64,000 nucleotides of DNA from Octopus vulgaris (lineage: Eukaryota). A model generated the notes under the pieces. The model saw only the letters and a program-made list of their open reading frames with translations, did no database searches and was not told the DNA's origin. The translations under genes and the position numbers were made by a program. The stretch lies in the NCBI GenBank assembly GCA_951406725.2, contig OX597814.1:51274001-51338000 (forward strand). Reading direction: 5' to 3'. Within the stretch, counting starts at the first letter, position 1, and the number at the start of each line of letters is the position of its first letter. Below are positions 28,013-41,444 of the stretch, in pieces.

Positions 28013-28828
28013 TATATGGACACACACACACACACACACATACACACATAAAATGAGCTTCCATACAGTTTCTGTCAACCAATTCCATTCACAATGCTGT
28101 AGTAGAAGATATTTTCCCCGAGTACCATGCAGTTGGACAGAACCCAAGACCATCATCATCATCGTTTAACGTCCGCCTTCCATGCAGAAGCCTGCACCAG
28201 ACTTCTGTAACTGTTTTGGCAGGATTTTTACAGCTGGATGCCCTTCCTAACACCAACCACTCAGCAAAGTGGACCCATATGGTTGTAAAGTGAACTTTTT
28301 AACCACATAGCCATGCTTGCACCTATATGTATGTCTATGTATGTGTACACACACACATTCAGTGTTTGCACATGAACATATGTGTGAGTCTATACATGCA
28401 AACTCTTGATGATAACCCAGTGATTTATTAAGATATTTATAAGACATGATTTTTATCTCACTATAAAGAGGCAAAGTGGCCAGTTGAATAAGATATTAGA
28501 TTATAAATGAGTTTTGAGTTCAAGTCTATTATAGTGTTTTGTTTTGTTTCTAGCAGACCACATTATACTGCTTTCATCAGGAATGGTTACAAATTAAAGG
28601 GAATTTTCTCTTTGAGCCACTTCAAACTAAGAGCCAAGTCCTGGTGACCTAAGGTATATTTAACTGGCACTACAATGAACTGGAGCAACATGAAAATAAA
28701 GTGACTCGCTCAAGAACACATGCGATCAGGAATCAAACTGATGGCCTTACGATTATGAACTGAATGCCCTAACCATGACCGTGAGCCACACACCTTCACA
28801 AGATATATTTACATTGGGTTCTAAATAC

Positions 28829-28920
28829 CTGCTGTAGTTGATAATCTTTGGTTTTTGATGTCATTAAAATGCAAATGTTCTCAATCATACAGTTCTGCAG
28901 GTGCTGCTTTATATCCAGAT
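28829..28920 (-). CDS. LRRK2: LRRK2-like exon ((D)LDIKQHLQNCMIENICILMTSKTKDYQLQQ)
   Basis: cctttcAG acceptor, CAG/GTATTT donor, phase 1 to 0; joins exon 29996-30241 in frame. Confidence 0.7.
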
Positions 28921-29995
28921 CTGAAAGGTATTAAAAAACATAGCAACAATTATATTTAAAGAGATTACATTGCAAAAAACCTCTTTCGTCAAAATATCTT
29001 TTTATCTAAATTTTTCCATTTCATAAATTAAACAACTAAAACTTCATTAATTGATCATTTTCTATTTTATGCTTTGCTCTGAAAGTAGAAGCTGTACCAA
29101 AACCCTTTGCTGGCCTTTCTAAAAGCAGAAAGACCAATGTGATTGATGTTCTTTTTAAACAATAGCAAAAGGAAAACTGCCATAAAAATATGGGTAGGGA
29201 AGGATTTCTGAAGAGCTGACATTTAGGTGAGAGAAACATTTGAGCATGATAATTTTTGTAGGTGGAGAGGGAAGTAGACAAAATACAGGTAAGCAGAGGA
29301 AAAGAGCCAATTGAATCAAGCAGATGGCAAAAGACTGACCAGCTCCCAGTAGAGAAGGCCACCATAATAGTAGTAGTAAAGACAGTGTGAAGGGACAACA
29401 TGTTATCAAATTAGAGGCTGGAATGTGTGCAGTGACTTCTAGTCAGCCTTCTTTTGGAAGTGGTTAAAAATGACCATAGGTGTAGCAGCAGCACTGTCCT
29501 AATTAAGATAGCATTGATCAAATAGATTAGAATATTTAAATTGGATGGTAGCACAATAAAAGACAATCAGGATACAACAAGAAGGAATAACAAGTGATCC
29601 CTTTGCACACACGCATGCACGTGTGGTTGTGTGTGTGTGCGCATGTACATGCACATGCATGTATGTATGTCACCTTGATGTTTCCCGCTGACACTCATAC
29701 TCAGTGCCTGAGATAAGCATGGTAATATAATTTCATAGCTTGGCTGTGGTGTAGTATGACATTGACACAGTTTGATAAAATCTATTTTGTAGTGGTGCAT
29801 TTATTGTAACAGTAATGCAGTATTATCATAGGTTTACCATAACAAACCCTGAGATTACAACATTGTTGACATTTGAGCGAAATGAAGCTAATAAAATTCA
29901 ACATTAGAAGATACATAATTTAATACCTTCTTTCACAATGTATAAATTTACTTCACTCATACTAATAAAAAAAAAAATGCAATTACATCACTTAC

Positions 29996-30241
29996 CATTT
30001 GTCTTCAATTGCTCTTTGAATAAATTCAATAAAGCCTGTACAATAATTTTAACAGAGAAATATGGATCATCTTGTTCCAACTGAGACAGACTCACAATTG
30101 CTCTCTGACATGTTTCCACGATGGTTTTCTCTGTACTATTTTTGTCCAACAAACAACTGCTGACATTATTGATGCTGACATGGCTAGGGAGGACAATCTC
30201 CCTGGGCTCGCTGTGTACAATCATTCTAAGGCATTTAGTAT
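29996..30241 (-). CDS. LRRK2: Probable first (or near-first) coding exon of the LRRK2-like gene (MIVHSEPREIVLPSH...LLNLFKEQLKTN)
   Basis: ttttcaccttcAG acceptor, in-frame ATG at 30224, GTAAGT donor in phase 1; matches ORF 29988..30224. Confidence 0.68.
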
Positions 30242-31319
30242 CTGAAGGTGAAAAAAAAAAAGAAATTTTTATATTGTCACAAAGTCATGCATTTTGGGAT
30301 TGGGGCATAGTTAATTGAATCAACTCCTAGTATCATATTTTTACTTATAACATTGGCACCAGACAGGTGAAAGGCAAAAATTACCTTGTAATGAATATAC
30401 AGAGATATAACTAAACATTACAAGCATTTTTACCCAGTATTTTACTAATTCTGCTATCCCTACTTTTCTGAAGGTATGTTAGAAAAATTCTATAATTCCA
30501 ATCATAAGAGAAGTCCCTTGCCTTTCTGTCTATCTTTTATTTTATTACTAAACTGAAGAGCAAAGCCTTAACAATAGACTTTCCAAATTGCCTTTCCTTC
30601 ATCATGGGACAAGTATTGCAACTGATGCTTAATTTTAGTTGTAGGAAAAAATGCAATTTGAGAATGGAATTTTAGTATAAGCCACTAAAGAAAAGAGGGG
30701 ATTAAACAAAGCCATTTCTAAGTAAACCAAATTTGGGTGGCAGTGAATTCAAGTGAGGGACTGAATTTGAGTGGGAGACTGAATATTGGGTGGAAAGACT
30801 GAATTTGTTGCCTGGTTGGATACCATCATCTGGTCTTTGAGTACCTTTACTGGAGCCCTCACTTCTGCAAGTATTCAAGTCAAGTCCTCAATTTGAGAAT
30901 GTGCTTTCTTCTCACAGTGAGTCTTAGAGTACCTGCAAGAATCATGAGCACTTCAGACCAAGCTAACAAAAAAATGCAAGCTTTCTCTCATAAAGTAGTA
31001 GAAATTTCACTTTACTACTATAAATCCATCTTGACTAAAAGACAAAAAATGTTGACAAATGCAGGAAAGAACTGTGGGGAAAGAATTCTAGAGAGTTGAC
31101 CACTAACCCCAAGGATTAGGAACCAGTACAGTAGTCAGTTGGATAGTTATTTTATTTGATACAAATATACTATGCACAACCTCTCCATACAGTTATTCTT
31201 TCCATTCCTCACTTTCTCTAAGTCATATACTTTCAGTACTATCGCCAACTGGTTTGAAACACACTCTCTCTCTCCCTCTCTTTCTCTCCTCCTCTCTCTC
31301 TCTCTCTTTCTCTCATTAA

Positions 31320-33453
31320 ATACATGTATTTAATGAATATGTTTTATACAATTTAATGACAAGCTATACAATATATAAATTTCAGTGTAAACATAGAAGT
31401 TGTAAACTTCATGACTCAAACTGTTATATTAGACACACATTGGACTCAAAACTGTTACGTTGGGGACAGGACACATTTTTTCATTGGTTGGTCACATTTT
31501 ACAACAAAGAGCCATCACAACTCATTATAACATTGTGCACAAAATAAAATTAGATAGAAAAACATTAGTTGGCACCACTACGATATTATATAGAATTCCT
31601 TGGAAAATTACATTAACCATGGAACCTCTACCAATAACAAAATACAAACAAAATATCAATGCACAAATACATTACATACAAAATAAATTATGAAATCAAC
31701 CAGAACTTAACCACTGTGTAATTCTTAATATGTTGTTGATGATTTTATCAGTTAAAACAGTATTCCCAAGATCCTTTTATAACCAATTGCAATGGGTGCA
31801 AACAATACACCATTATTACAATCACTTTAATGAGATTGTGATGGATTTAGAAACAGACTAATGGTTTTAGAAACACTTCAGTTTCAAAATAAACATAAAG
31901 GATTGATATGGAAATATGAAAAAAATTTGATCAAAATGATCAATCTTAAACAGACACGTTTGAAAGAAAAGCTGTTCCTGCACTGAATATTAGTTTGGTA
32001 CAGTATAATTATGCAATACAATTAACTGTTAAATTACCCAATCCCTAACCAGAGACCAACCAAACAAGAGTTTTCTCTCCCATCTAGGGCAACCTGTGTA
32101 TGACCCATGATGGTCTAATTTCTATATTCATAATAACACCTATATCTAGAAACTTTTCCTACTGGACAACTTAGAAATAAGGCCTCATGCAGATCAGCCT
32201 GTCTCTCAGTTTCAAGTGATTTGGCCTGGCATTTCTTGTTCTTTGTTGCATGTGTTTCTTTCCTGACTGAAAGCTTTTGTTGAAGAATCAGCTGACTTAC
32301 TATTGTTTAATGTTGTGAAAATTTTGACATCTATGAGATCAACTTAAAACAAGTTAGTGAATAAACACATTCCTCTTTTGTTGAAAAGTAAAAGTAAAAG
32401 AGTGATTCCAGAAAGGGAGAAGAAAACAAATAAATCACATTCTTATGTAGGTGTATCTATTCTAAAAGTTTCCAGGAAAAAATTGATTGCAAACAAGAGG
32501 CATAGATGTTTATCAGATTGTTTAGAATTGTTTGAAAGAGCAAGAAATATGCACCAAAATTTTAGTTTTAATCACAACAGATTGAGCACCAAGTATGGAA
32601 GGGATAAAGAAAGGATTTATGAAGCTATTGACAAATTTACTTAATGAAAAATTGCTATTTTTTCCCCACTGAATCATTCACAAAGGAACTCTGCTCTCAA
32701 ACTTTGCTTTTTGAATAATAAATGTTATGAATCTAATTGTCAGAATTGTAAACATGGTAAAGGCAAGAAGTGTAAATCACCAGCAGTTCTGTGTTCTGCC
32801 AGAAGAGGTTTGTTGTATTTATTTAGATTTCTTGTTTTAGTAGTAGTAATAATAGTTGTCCTGAACAGGAAAATCCTGACTGACTGGAAAATTTCTATAT
32901 CAAGAAGACATAACAAGTCCTTTAAGCTTAGTGAAAAAGTTTCAAGAAAAAGAAAACATATCTCTTCATTTGTTAGAAGAGATTTTAGCATATAGGTACA
33001 AATTAACAGTGCTTGTGAAAGGCTAATTTTTCCTCATTTAGAAATTTTAACAACTGAAGAAATAATATCAATAAATATTGTTTACAGCGATCTATAACCA
33101 TTCAAAATCATTTCAGTCAAAGGTTCTTGGAAAGAGAAAACAATTTTAATGTTCTCTGTTATATTCATTGACACTAAAATACCAGAAATAAATATATTTG
33201 TATTTTCAGAGATTAGTCAGTGTAAACTTTGGGATGGAAATACTTGATATAGCTGATGAGGAACTGTAGGCATTAAATTTTTTAATATATGAAAAAAATT
33301 CTTCTGGTCTACTGCCAGAAGACCAAACTTGCATCAAAATCATAAATGGACCAAAATTCAAAAGATTCCAAAACCAAACAAACTAATATTTGATAGTATT
33401 TACTAACTAAATAATTATACTAATACTAGACTACGCTTGACTCATTGGGCCAC
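31320..33453 (-). other. Candidate terminal exon or long 3' UTR of an unidentified upstream transcript
   Basis: About 2 kb of unusually repeat-free, U-rich (minus strand) sequence. It starts at a cttttcAG acceptor with an early TAG (33431-33433) and has ATTAAA motifs near 31330-31357. Confidence 0.3.
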
Positions 33454-33924
33454 CTGAAAAGTCTGAGTTTCCCAACAATGGAGTTTTGTTTCATAGGTTT
33501 TTTTTCTTTTCCAGGTTATTTTGCATGCTTTCAACAAATGTGACATCAAAATCATGCGTAAACAGCTCCTATCCCTGGAAAAGGAAAGATTTGGCTACTA
33601 TATCTGCTACCATGTAACAAGTATTTCAGGTCCTTTATCGCAAATAGCTGTTATGTGGTAGTAGGGTGTGCTAAAAATAGCAGCCAAATCTTTGGAGCTG
33701 AGATACGTTAAATGCATTCCAACTGTCATCTGGATCAGCTGGTTTTGTTTGTTAACTTCCGTAAAAATTTTTTATATATTTACTTTTGTTTTAAAGTGAA
33801 AGAGAGGAGAAAATGAATTATGTATGAATGAGTATATGAAATGGCTGTGTGTGTGTGAAAGAGAGAGAGAGAGAGAGCCACTTACACATACATGAGAACA
33901 CACACGTTCACTCACTCACACACA

Positions 33925-33958
<34 letters not shown>

Positions 33959-34706
33959 TGTACATACAAAAAGGGTGTACATATATGTTTTGATGTATGT
34001 GCGTATACATGACAACATACTCCTTCACTCACACTCTCTTTTCTCTCTCTTCCTCTCTCTCCTTCTCTTTCACACACACACAAGTCCATTTCATATACAT
34101 GTACATACATCTTTCACTTTCACTTTAAAACAAAAGTAAATAAATAAAAGATTTTTACAGAAATTAACACCTTAAAAATAATTTTTAAAAAACATTAAAA
34201 TATTGTCTGTTTGAAGAAAGTTAAAATATAAGTACTTACTGTACAAACAACTTATATTTTTGAAATCACATGCAGTTAAAAATATTTCTAAATGATTAAA
34301 ATATTGTGTACCTCAAAACGTCGATGTTTTTATTTTCCTTCGAGTGCACGAAGACTATGTGTGTGTATATGTTACAGATAGTGGATGTGTGCTTGTGTTG
34401 ATTGACATGCCATGACAGTCATTATATGTGTGTATTCTGTATGTGTGTAAGTATGTTGACCTCCAAGTAACACAAAAATTGTGTTTACATGTTTTCATTA
34501 ATAAATAGAGGTCCAAATGTCTCAAAAATTTACACTGCACTGCCAAAGGTAAGTATGAAAATAAATATGCAAAAAAAAAAAAAAAAAGGAAGACAAAATA
34601 TACTATTTCTGAGATATTTTGGGTACACACAAACATCCCTAGAGCTTTAGTATTATTAAGATTTGATGCTTTGAATTCAATCCTAGATAAGTATAAAAAC
34701 AAAAAC

Positions 34707-35094
34707 ATTGCTGTTGTTGGCACTCCGTAGGTTATGACAACGAGGGTTCCAGTTGATCTGATCAACGGAACAGCTCGCTCATGAAATTCACATGCAAGTG
34801 GCTGAGTACTCCACAGACACGTGTACCCTTAACATAGTTCTTGGGGGAGATTCAGCATGACACAGAGTGTGACAAGGTTGGCCCTTTGAAATACAGGTAC
34901 AAAAGAAACAGGGAGATAGAGTGAGAGAAAGTTGTGAAGGAGTACAGCAAGGTTCACCACCACCTCCTGCGGGAGCCTCATGGAGCTTTAGGTGTTTTCG
35001 CTCAATAAACACTCACAATGCCTGGTCTGGGAATCAAAACCGCGATCCTACAACAGCGAGTCCGCTGCCCTAGCCACTGGACCATTGCACCTCC
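34707..35094 (-). mobile_element. tRNA-derived SINE (family of 11799-12114)
   Basis: Reverse complement of the ggaggtgcaatgg...cctaaagctcca head at the right end. Confidence 0.75.
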
Positions 35095-37567
35095 ACAAAA
35101 AAAAAAACATTAGGATTCAATATTATACTGGTTTTTGGATTAATGTATTTGTGCAAATTTATTTGAATAAATTTTATCAAAATATTACACAAAGTTATCT
35201 GACCAAAGCCTTCAATCTTGAATTAAAATGAAAGCCATGACTTATGAACAAGACAAAAACAGAAATTCAGATAATATTTCAAACAAAAAACCACATTTAG
35301 TAAGAAAACAATAAGCTAAATTCATACTTTCTTCTATATACATTTTTTTGTTAATAACAAATCGTGCAACTCCAATATTATTATTTTTCTTTTGTTAGTT
35401 AAAATGGTTCTCTAGATTGAAAAGATCCTGAACCCTTCCCTAAAGTGGTATGTCATTACTTTCTGCAGGTCCAAGAGAATTTGAACTCAGCACAGCAAAC
35501 CAGTTTTCTAGTACTAGAGTACTATTATAATGGTGGTTACACTATTTTAGACTAGATTAACTCAGCTATCCAACATCTTAAATATCAGACACAATGCAGC
35601 TGTGACAAGGTGCAAATTACTAATCTCTTTGCTAACAGTCCAGTCATGTATGTACTCTGTCTTCAGTATTTTTTTTTTGGTGGGGGAGTTAAGTAGAGTG
35701 AATGCTATTAGATATCTTGACCAGGTGCAGCTTAGAACGTAACTTCCCAAAGTGAGCAATGTCGCCCACTGGTGGGTGATTTCAACTTACAGATGGGCGA
35801 TGGATGAATTACCAGAAAATGGTGGGCAATTTGAGATTTTGGTGGGTGATATGAACATTTTGTGGGTGACAGTGAACTTTTAGAAATTAAGTCTGCATTT
35901 ACTTGTATCTAAGCATGCCTAGAATAAGGATGCACTTTTATCAATTTGACTACTCCCATGAGACGTCCCTTTGTATTAAAAAAGCGGACTTGTTTATCGA
36001 TCAAATGTTTTTGTTGCGGTCATTAACATAGTTGTCATGCGTGCTAAAAATAGCAGCCAAATAGGCCTAGGCCTTAAATCACACTCCACTCAAATTTTTT
36101 TTTTTTTTTTGCATAATCGTATGAAGTTCCGCATATAGAATTTAAAACTCTAAAAAATAAAAAAAGTTATGAGGGGTTATATTTCATGTAAGTCTGTGGT
36201 TTCATATCAAAGTACAAGTGCTATTTTCAGGATGTTGACATAATGTGCAGTCACGCACAAAATGATAGCTTTGAAATTGTGTTTCTTGACTGGGTGATCA
36301 AACTTTAAACCTCTATAACTTTTTTAAAACATTTTTCTGGAAAAAGTTGAATAGCTCCAGCAATTTAGCTTGAAAAGGTATATTAATGTGCCACATTCTA
36401 AAATTTTCAATAAACTTGAACTTTTGAAATGCTTGGCAGCCAAACAAACTAGAACCATATTTGCTCCTGTAAAGACGTGTCATCTGACTCTGCTCTGTTG
36501 ACTTCTTCTTCTCTTTGGGAATACCATACTGCCTTTCTGACGCTGTCTGTAGAAATTTGTTTTCACATTTTCACTTTACTGATGCCTGCAGTCAAGAAAA
36601 TTTGTTGACAGTAGAGTAGTGATTATTTATTCCCTCTCCTCAGAACTGTCAGTAATCAATGTGTCTTCTTTGCCATCAAACATTGACCAATGAAGCAATG
36701 AAACCTTCATGCATGCCTAGAACCATTGCAGCAATACAAACTTAGTTTCATTTAATCACTTCATGTCCTTATTTGGTTAATGTAACAATGAATATCGAAA
36801 GATTTCCTAGTTTAAGGCATGTCAATACTGCTTCAGCTTATCAAATAATTTTAAGAACAAATTATCAAGCAAAAATAGAAAGCATTTAAAATATATCTAA
36901 TAAAAATATGATAAAATCTTTTGTAATTTAATATGGAGTAATAAAAATACTTTCTACCGGTTTCAAAGTTAGTTGTTGATGGCAGTAATTTCTGTGCTTA
37001 GTGCAAATGTTTTATAATAATAAATGTGACATTCTGTCTGTGTGTCTGTCCAGGACTCCTATATCTCAGTCTACAGTTGCTCTATGCAGATATATTATAT
37101 ATATTGTACCATCTGAAATCAGGATGATCCCAGAATTGAAAATCTGCCCTTCATTTGGTTCTTGAACATCCAGCATTGGGATCAGGCCTGGATGAGGATT
37201 TGTTATATGCTAACAGTTGAAAATTCAAATTTTAAGAGAACTCCAAACATTTGTCAACTTACAAGTTAAAGTAATACCATAAATGCTTCATTATTATTGC
37301 TCTCTTTAGTTTTGGGCAACAGGCCCAATTAGCTCTCTGCAGGAGCAAGCTTAAAGGTCCACATGGAGTGTGGCTTATAAGCTAGTTTATAATAAGGAAG
37401 CGGTTATTCTTAGCTGCAAACATTATAAGAGCAAGTGGACTGAGAAATTAAGAAAGTAGAATCCCAGGAAATTCATGCCAGCCATCTTTTTATGACAAAG
37501 ACTCCTACCTAAAATGTTAGGGTTCTCTTCTTCCTCATAGCAAACTAATTTATTCCATTTTGGAGAA

Positions 37568-37855
37568 CATCATCATCATCATCATCATCATTGTCTAACG
37601 TCCGCTTTCCATGCTAGCATGGGTTGGATGATTTTGACTGAGGGCTGGCAAACCAGATGGCTACACCAGGCTCCAATCATGATCTGGCAGAGTTTCTACA
37701 GTTGGATGCCCTTCCTAATGCCAACCACTCTGAGAGTGTAGTGGGTGCTTTTTACATGCCACCGGCATGGGGGCCAGTCAGGTGGTAATGGCAATGACCT
37801 TGCTCGAATCTTTTTACACATGCCACTGGCACAGGTGCCAGTAAGGCAACACTGG
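37568..37855 (-). mobile_element. RTE LINE 3' end fragment
   Basis: (cat)n tail and the shared RTE 3' UTR motifs. Confidence 0.75.
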
Positions 37856-38998
37856 TGGAGAAAAATAAAACATTGCCAGAAAAAAGATTATCCATATCTA
37901 ATGAACTATATAAAGTAACAGAAAAAGGATATAACATAGCAACCATTAATGTCATCATTATCATCATCAGTATCATCATTGTCTAACGTACCTGCTGTTC
38001 CATGCTAGCATGGGTTGGATATTCACAAAACCAAACTGGTGACAAATAAAAAACACACCCATTACAGCAGTTTTAAAAGAACTGGGTTTATTCTTTATTT
38101 GAATTGGAAAGAAGATATGTCATGCTGATTGATATATGAGCAATTTTCTGAATATGTTGAGTCACATAACAGCCTTAATAGCTTGTAAAGTAGACTATTG
38201 TAGTATTAACAGACATAGACACCCGGCCTTGCTAAGGACTAAAATGGCATAGTTTTTTTATTCTTTTACTTGTTTCAATCATGTGACTGTGACCATGCTG
38301 GAGCACCAACTTTTCATCGAACAAATCGACCAGAGGATTTATTCTTTGTAAATCTAGTACACACACACATGCACACACAGAGAGAAATATACACATATAT
38401 ACAACAGTCTTCTTTCAGTTTCTGTATACAAATTTCAATCACAAGGTGCTGGTCAGCCTGAGGCTATGATATAGATACATACATATATACACATATCTAT
38501 CTATCTATCTATATATATATATATATATGTAGGTCCCGGGTTGATTCGGGGTTAACCACAGTAAGTAAGGTACTCAATACATAGCAGAGTAAAATTAATT
38601 TATTATATAGAAGGAGCTTCTACAGGACTAGTACTGTTTCATTCAAGAGAAATCTCAGGAAGCTATTTAACAAGAATTGTATTAGCATTTATACATTTAG
38701 GCAGGTTTAAAGGAGTGGTGGTGGGGACTTTTTGGGGGTAGGCATAGCAAAATATCATACTTGGGGGAGTGGTCAAGGAGTCAGTGGTAAGTTAGATGAA
38801 AGAATAGATAAATAAAAAAATATTTTTTATCCTTTTATTTTTTTATTTTTTTATTTTTTTATTTATCTATTCTTTCATCTAACTTACCACTGACTCCTTG
38901 ACCACTCCCCAAGTATGATATTTTGCGTTGTAAATCTAGTACACACACACATGCACACACAGAGAGAAATATACACATATATACAATTCTTGTTAAAT

Positions 38999-39049
38999 AG
39001 CTTCCTGAAGATTTCTCTTGAATGAAACAGTACTAGTCCTGTAGAAGCT
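38999..39049 (+). ncRNA. Type I hammerhead ribozyme motif (Penelope-like relic)
   Basis: Stem I agcttc/gaagct, CTGAAGA, short stem II ttc/gaa closed by T.T, GAAA, stem III cag/ctg, GTA triplet (predicted cut after 39043). Confidence 0.6.
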
Positions 39050-39094
39050 CCTTCTATATAATAAATAAATATATATATATATATATATATCTCA

Positions 39095-39136
<42 letters not shown>

Positions 39137-39137
<1 letters not shown>

Positions 39138-39477
39138 GCCTGGCCGTTGCCGGTCTCGCCTGGCCCCCGAGCCAGTGGCACGTAAAAAGCACCATCCGAT
39201 CGTGTCCATTGCCAGCCTCACCTGGCCCCCATGCCGGTGGCACGGAAAAAGCACGATCCGACCTTGGCCGTTTGCCAGCCCTGTCTGGCAAGTATGACAG
39301 TGGCACGTAAAAGGTACCCACTACACTCAAGTAGTGGTTGGCATTAGGAAGGGCATCCAGCCATAGAAACATTGCCAGATCAGACTGGGCCTGGTGCAGC
39401 CTTCTGGCTTCCCAGACCCCAGTTGAACCATCCAACCCATGCTAACATGGAAAGCGGACACTAAATGATGATGATGA
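39137..39477 (+). mobile_element. RTE LINE 3' end
   Basis: Ends in gaaagcggacactaaatgatgatgatg. Confidence 0.8.
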
Positions 39478-39505
39478 TATATCTATATATACACATATCT
39501 ATCTA

Positions 39506-39590
<85 letters not shown>

Positions 39591-39623
39591 CTATACATAT
39601 ATCCATATATATATATATATATA

Positions 39624-40512
39624 TCATCATCATCATCGTTTAGCGTCCGCTTTCCATGCTAGCATGGGTTGGACAGTTTAACTGGCATCTGGGAAGTCAG
39701 AAGGCTGCATCAGGCCCAGTCTGATCTGGCAATGTTTCTACAGCTGGATGCCCTTCCTAACGCCAACCACTCCGAGAGTGTAGTGGGTGCTTTTTATGTG
39801 CCACCAGCACAAGTGCCAGGCGAGGCTGGCAATGGCCACGATCGGATGGTGAATTTTACGTGCCACCGGCACGGAGGCTAGTTGGGGCGGCGCTGGCAAT
39901 GGCCACGTTCGGATGATTCTCTTACGTGCTACCGGCACTGGTATCACAGCTACAATTTCCATTGATGTTGCTCGATTTCGATTTCGATTTTCACTTGCCT
40001 CAACAGGTCTTCGCAAGTAGAGTTTTGTGTCCCAAGAAGGAAAGGTATGTGTAAGTGGACTGGCTACATCCCAAGTAGAGGCCATGGGTTATGGTCTCAC
40101 TTGTCCTGCTGGGTCTTCTCCCACACAGCATAGTTCCAAAGGTCTCGGTCTCTAGTCATTTTCTTGGTGGGATCTAAAGTTCGAAGGTCGTGCTTCACCA
40201 TCTCGTCCCAGGTTTTCCTGGGTTTACCTCTTCCACAGGTTCCCTCAACCGCTAGGGTGTGGCACTTTTTCACACAACTATCTTCATCCATTCTCGCCAC
40301 ATGACCATACCAGTGCAAATGTCTCTCTTGCACACCACAACTGATGCTTCTTAGGTCCAGCTTTTCTCTCAAGGTACTTACACTCTGTCGAGTATGAACA
40401 CTGACATTACACATCCATCGGAGCATACTGGCTTCATTTCTTGCGAGCTTACGCATATCCTCAGCAGTCACGGCCCATGTTTCACTGCCATGTAGCATGG
40501 CTGTTCGTACAC
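39624..40512 (-). mobile_element. 5'-truncated RTE-clade LINE (ORF C-terminus, 3' UTR and tail)
   Basis: ORF 40097..40498 MLHGSETWAV...MLRWMCNVS...LHWYGHVARM...RGKPRKTW carries the RTE C-terminal motifs. Confidence 0.9.
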
Positions 40513-40854
40513 ATGTAGCATGGCTGATATTTTGTTTTTTATGGTCAGTCCTCTAAATTTTGTTTGTAAAAAAATTTTTAATCTTCAGATTTTTTAAAAA
40601 TATGCTAGGCCACTGGTTTTAATTGATTAATATCAATTTCTACTCTTATTCAATTTAAAATTTAAAAAATGTTCTCTAGCCGGTAAATTGACTGCTGTAG
40701 TTTATTACCTGCAGAGTAATTTCCGATCTCAGCGAGCGAAAGTGAAGGTATTTGAAAGATACACATAAATATAATTTGTAGAACTTTATACATGCTGGAT
40801 GTCAGTTGAGCATTCTGTATCTAGTTCTGGAAATTGTGTTTTATAAACGACAGA

Positions 40855-40929
40855 CTATGCTGATGATCTTGCAGATGTTTGCGTATCCATATATGTAAAT
40901 ATAAACAAGTGAAACTAATTAGTACATAG
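40855..40929 (+). ncRNA. Type I hammerhead ribozyme motif
   Basis: Stem I ctatg/catag, CTGATGA, extended stem II (cttg/caag plus atgtttgcgtat/atatgtaaatat), GAAA, palindromic stem III ctaattag, GTA triplet (cut after 40924). Confidence 0.65.
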
Positions 40930-41099
40930 GTAATCGTTTTTTTTATTTCGTATATTTTCATTTGTCTTGCTTATTTTTACACTTCGGTTTTTTGCTGAGT
41001 TTTTTCTTGAGAACACATTCTTCATGGAAATTGGCGATTTTGACATCTATATCTAGCATATAAGCTGTCCATTTTTTTAATGGTCAGCCCTCTAAATTT

Positions 41100-41360
41100 T
41101 GTATATATATATACATACATACACATATATATATACATATATATATATATGCATACACATATATACATACATACATATATGCATACACATATATACATAC
41201 ATACATATATGCATACACATATATACATACACATATATGCATACACATATATACATACATATATGCATACACATATATACATACATACATACACATATAT
41301 ACATACATACACATATATACATACATACACATATATACATACATACATACATACATATAT

Positions 41361-41410
<50 letters not shown>
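41100..41410. repeat. Compound TA/TACA/CA microsatellite
   Basis: Low-complexity tract; it produces the spurious YIYI/HTYI ORFs. Confidence 0.95.
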
Positions 41411-41411
<1 letters not shown>

Positions 41412-41444
41412 TGAAAAAGTTGGTTTGTGAAAGCACGTGGTTGA

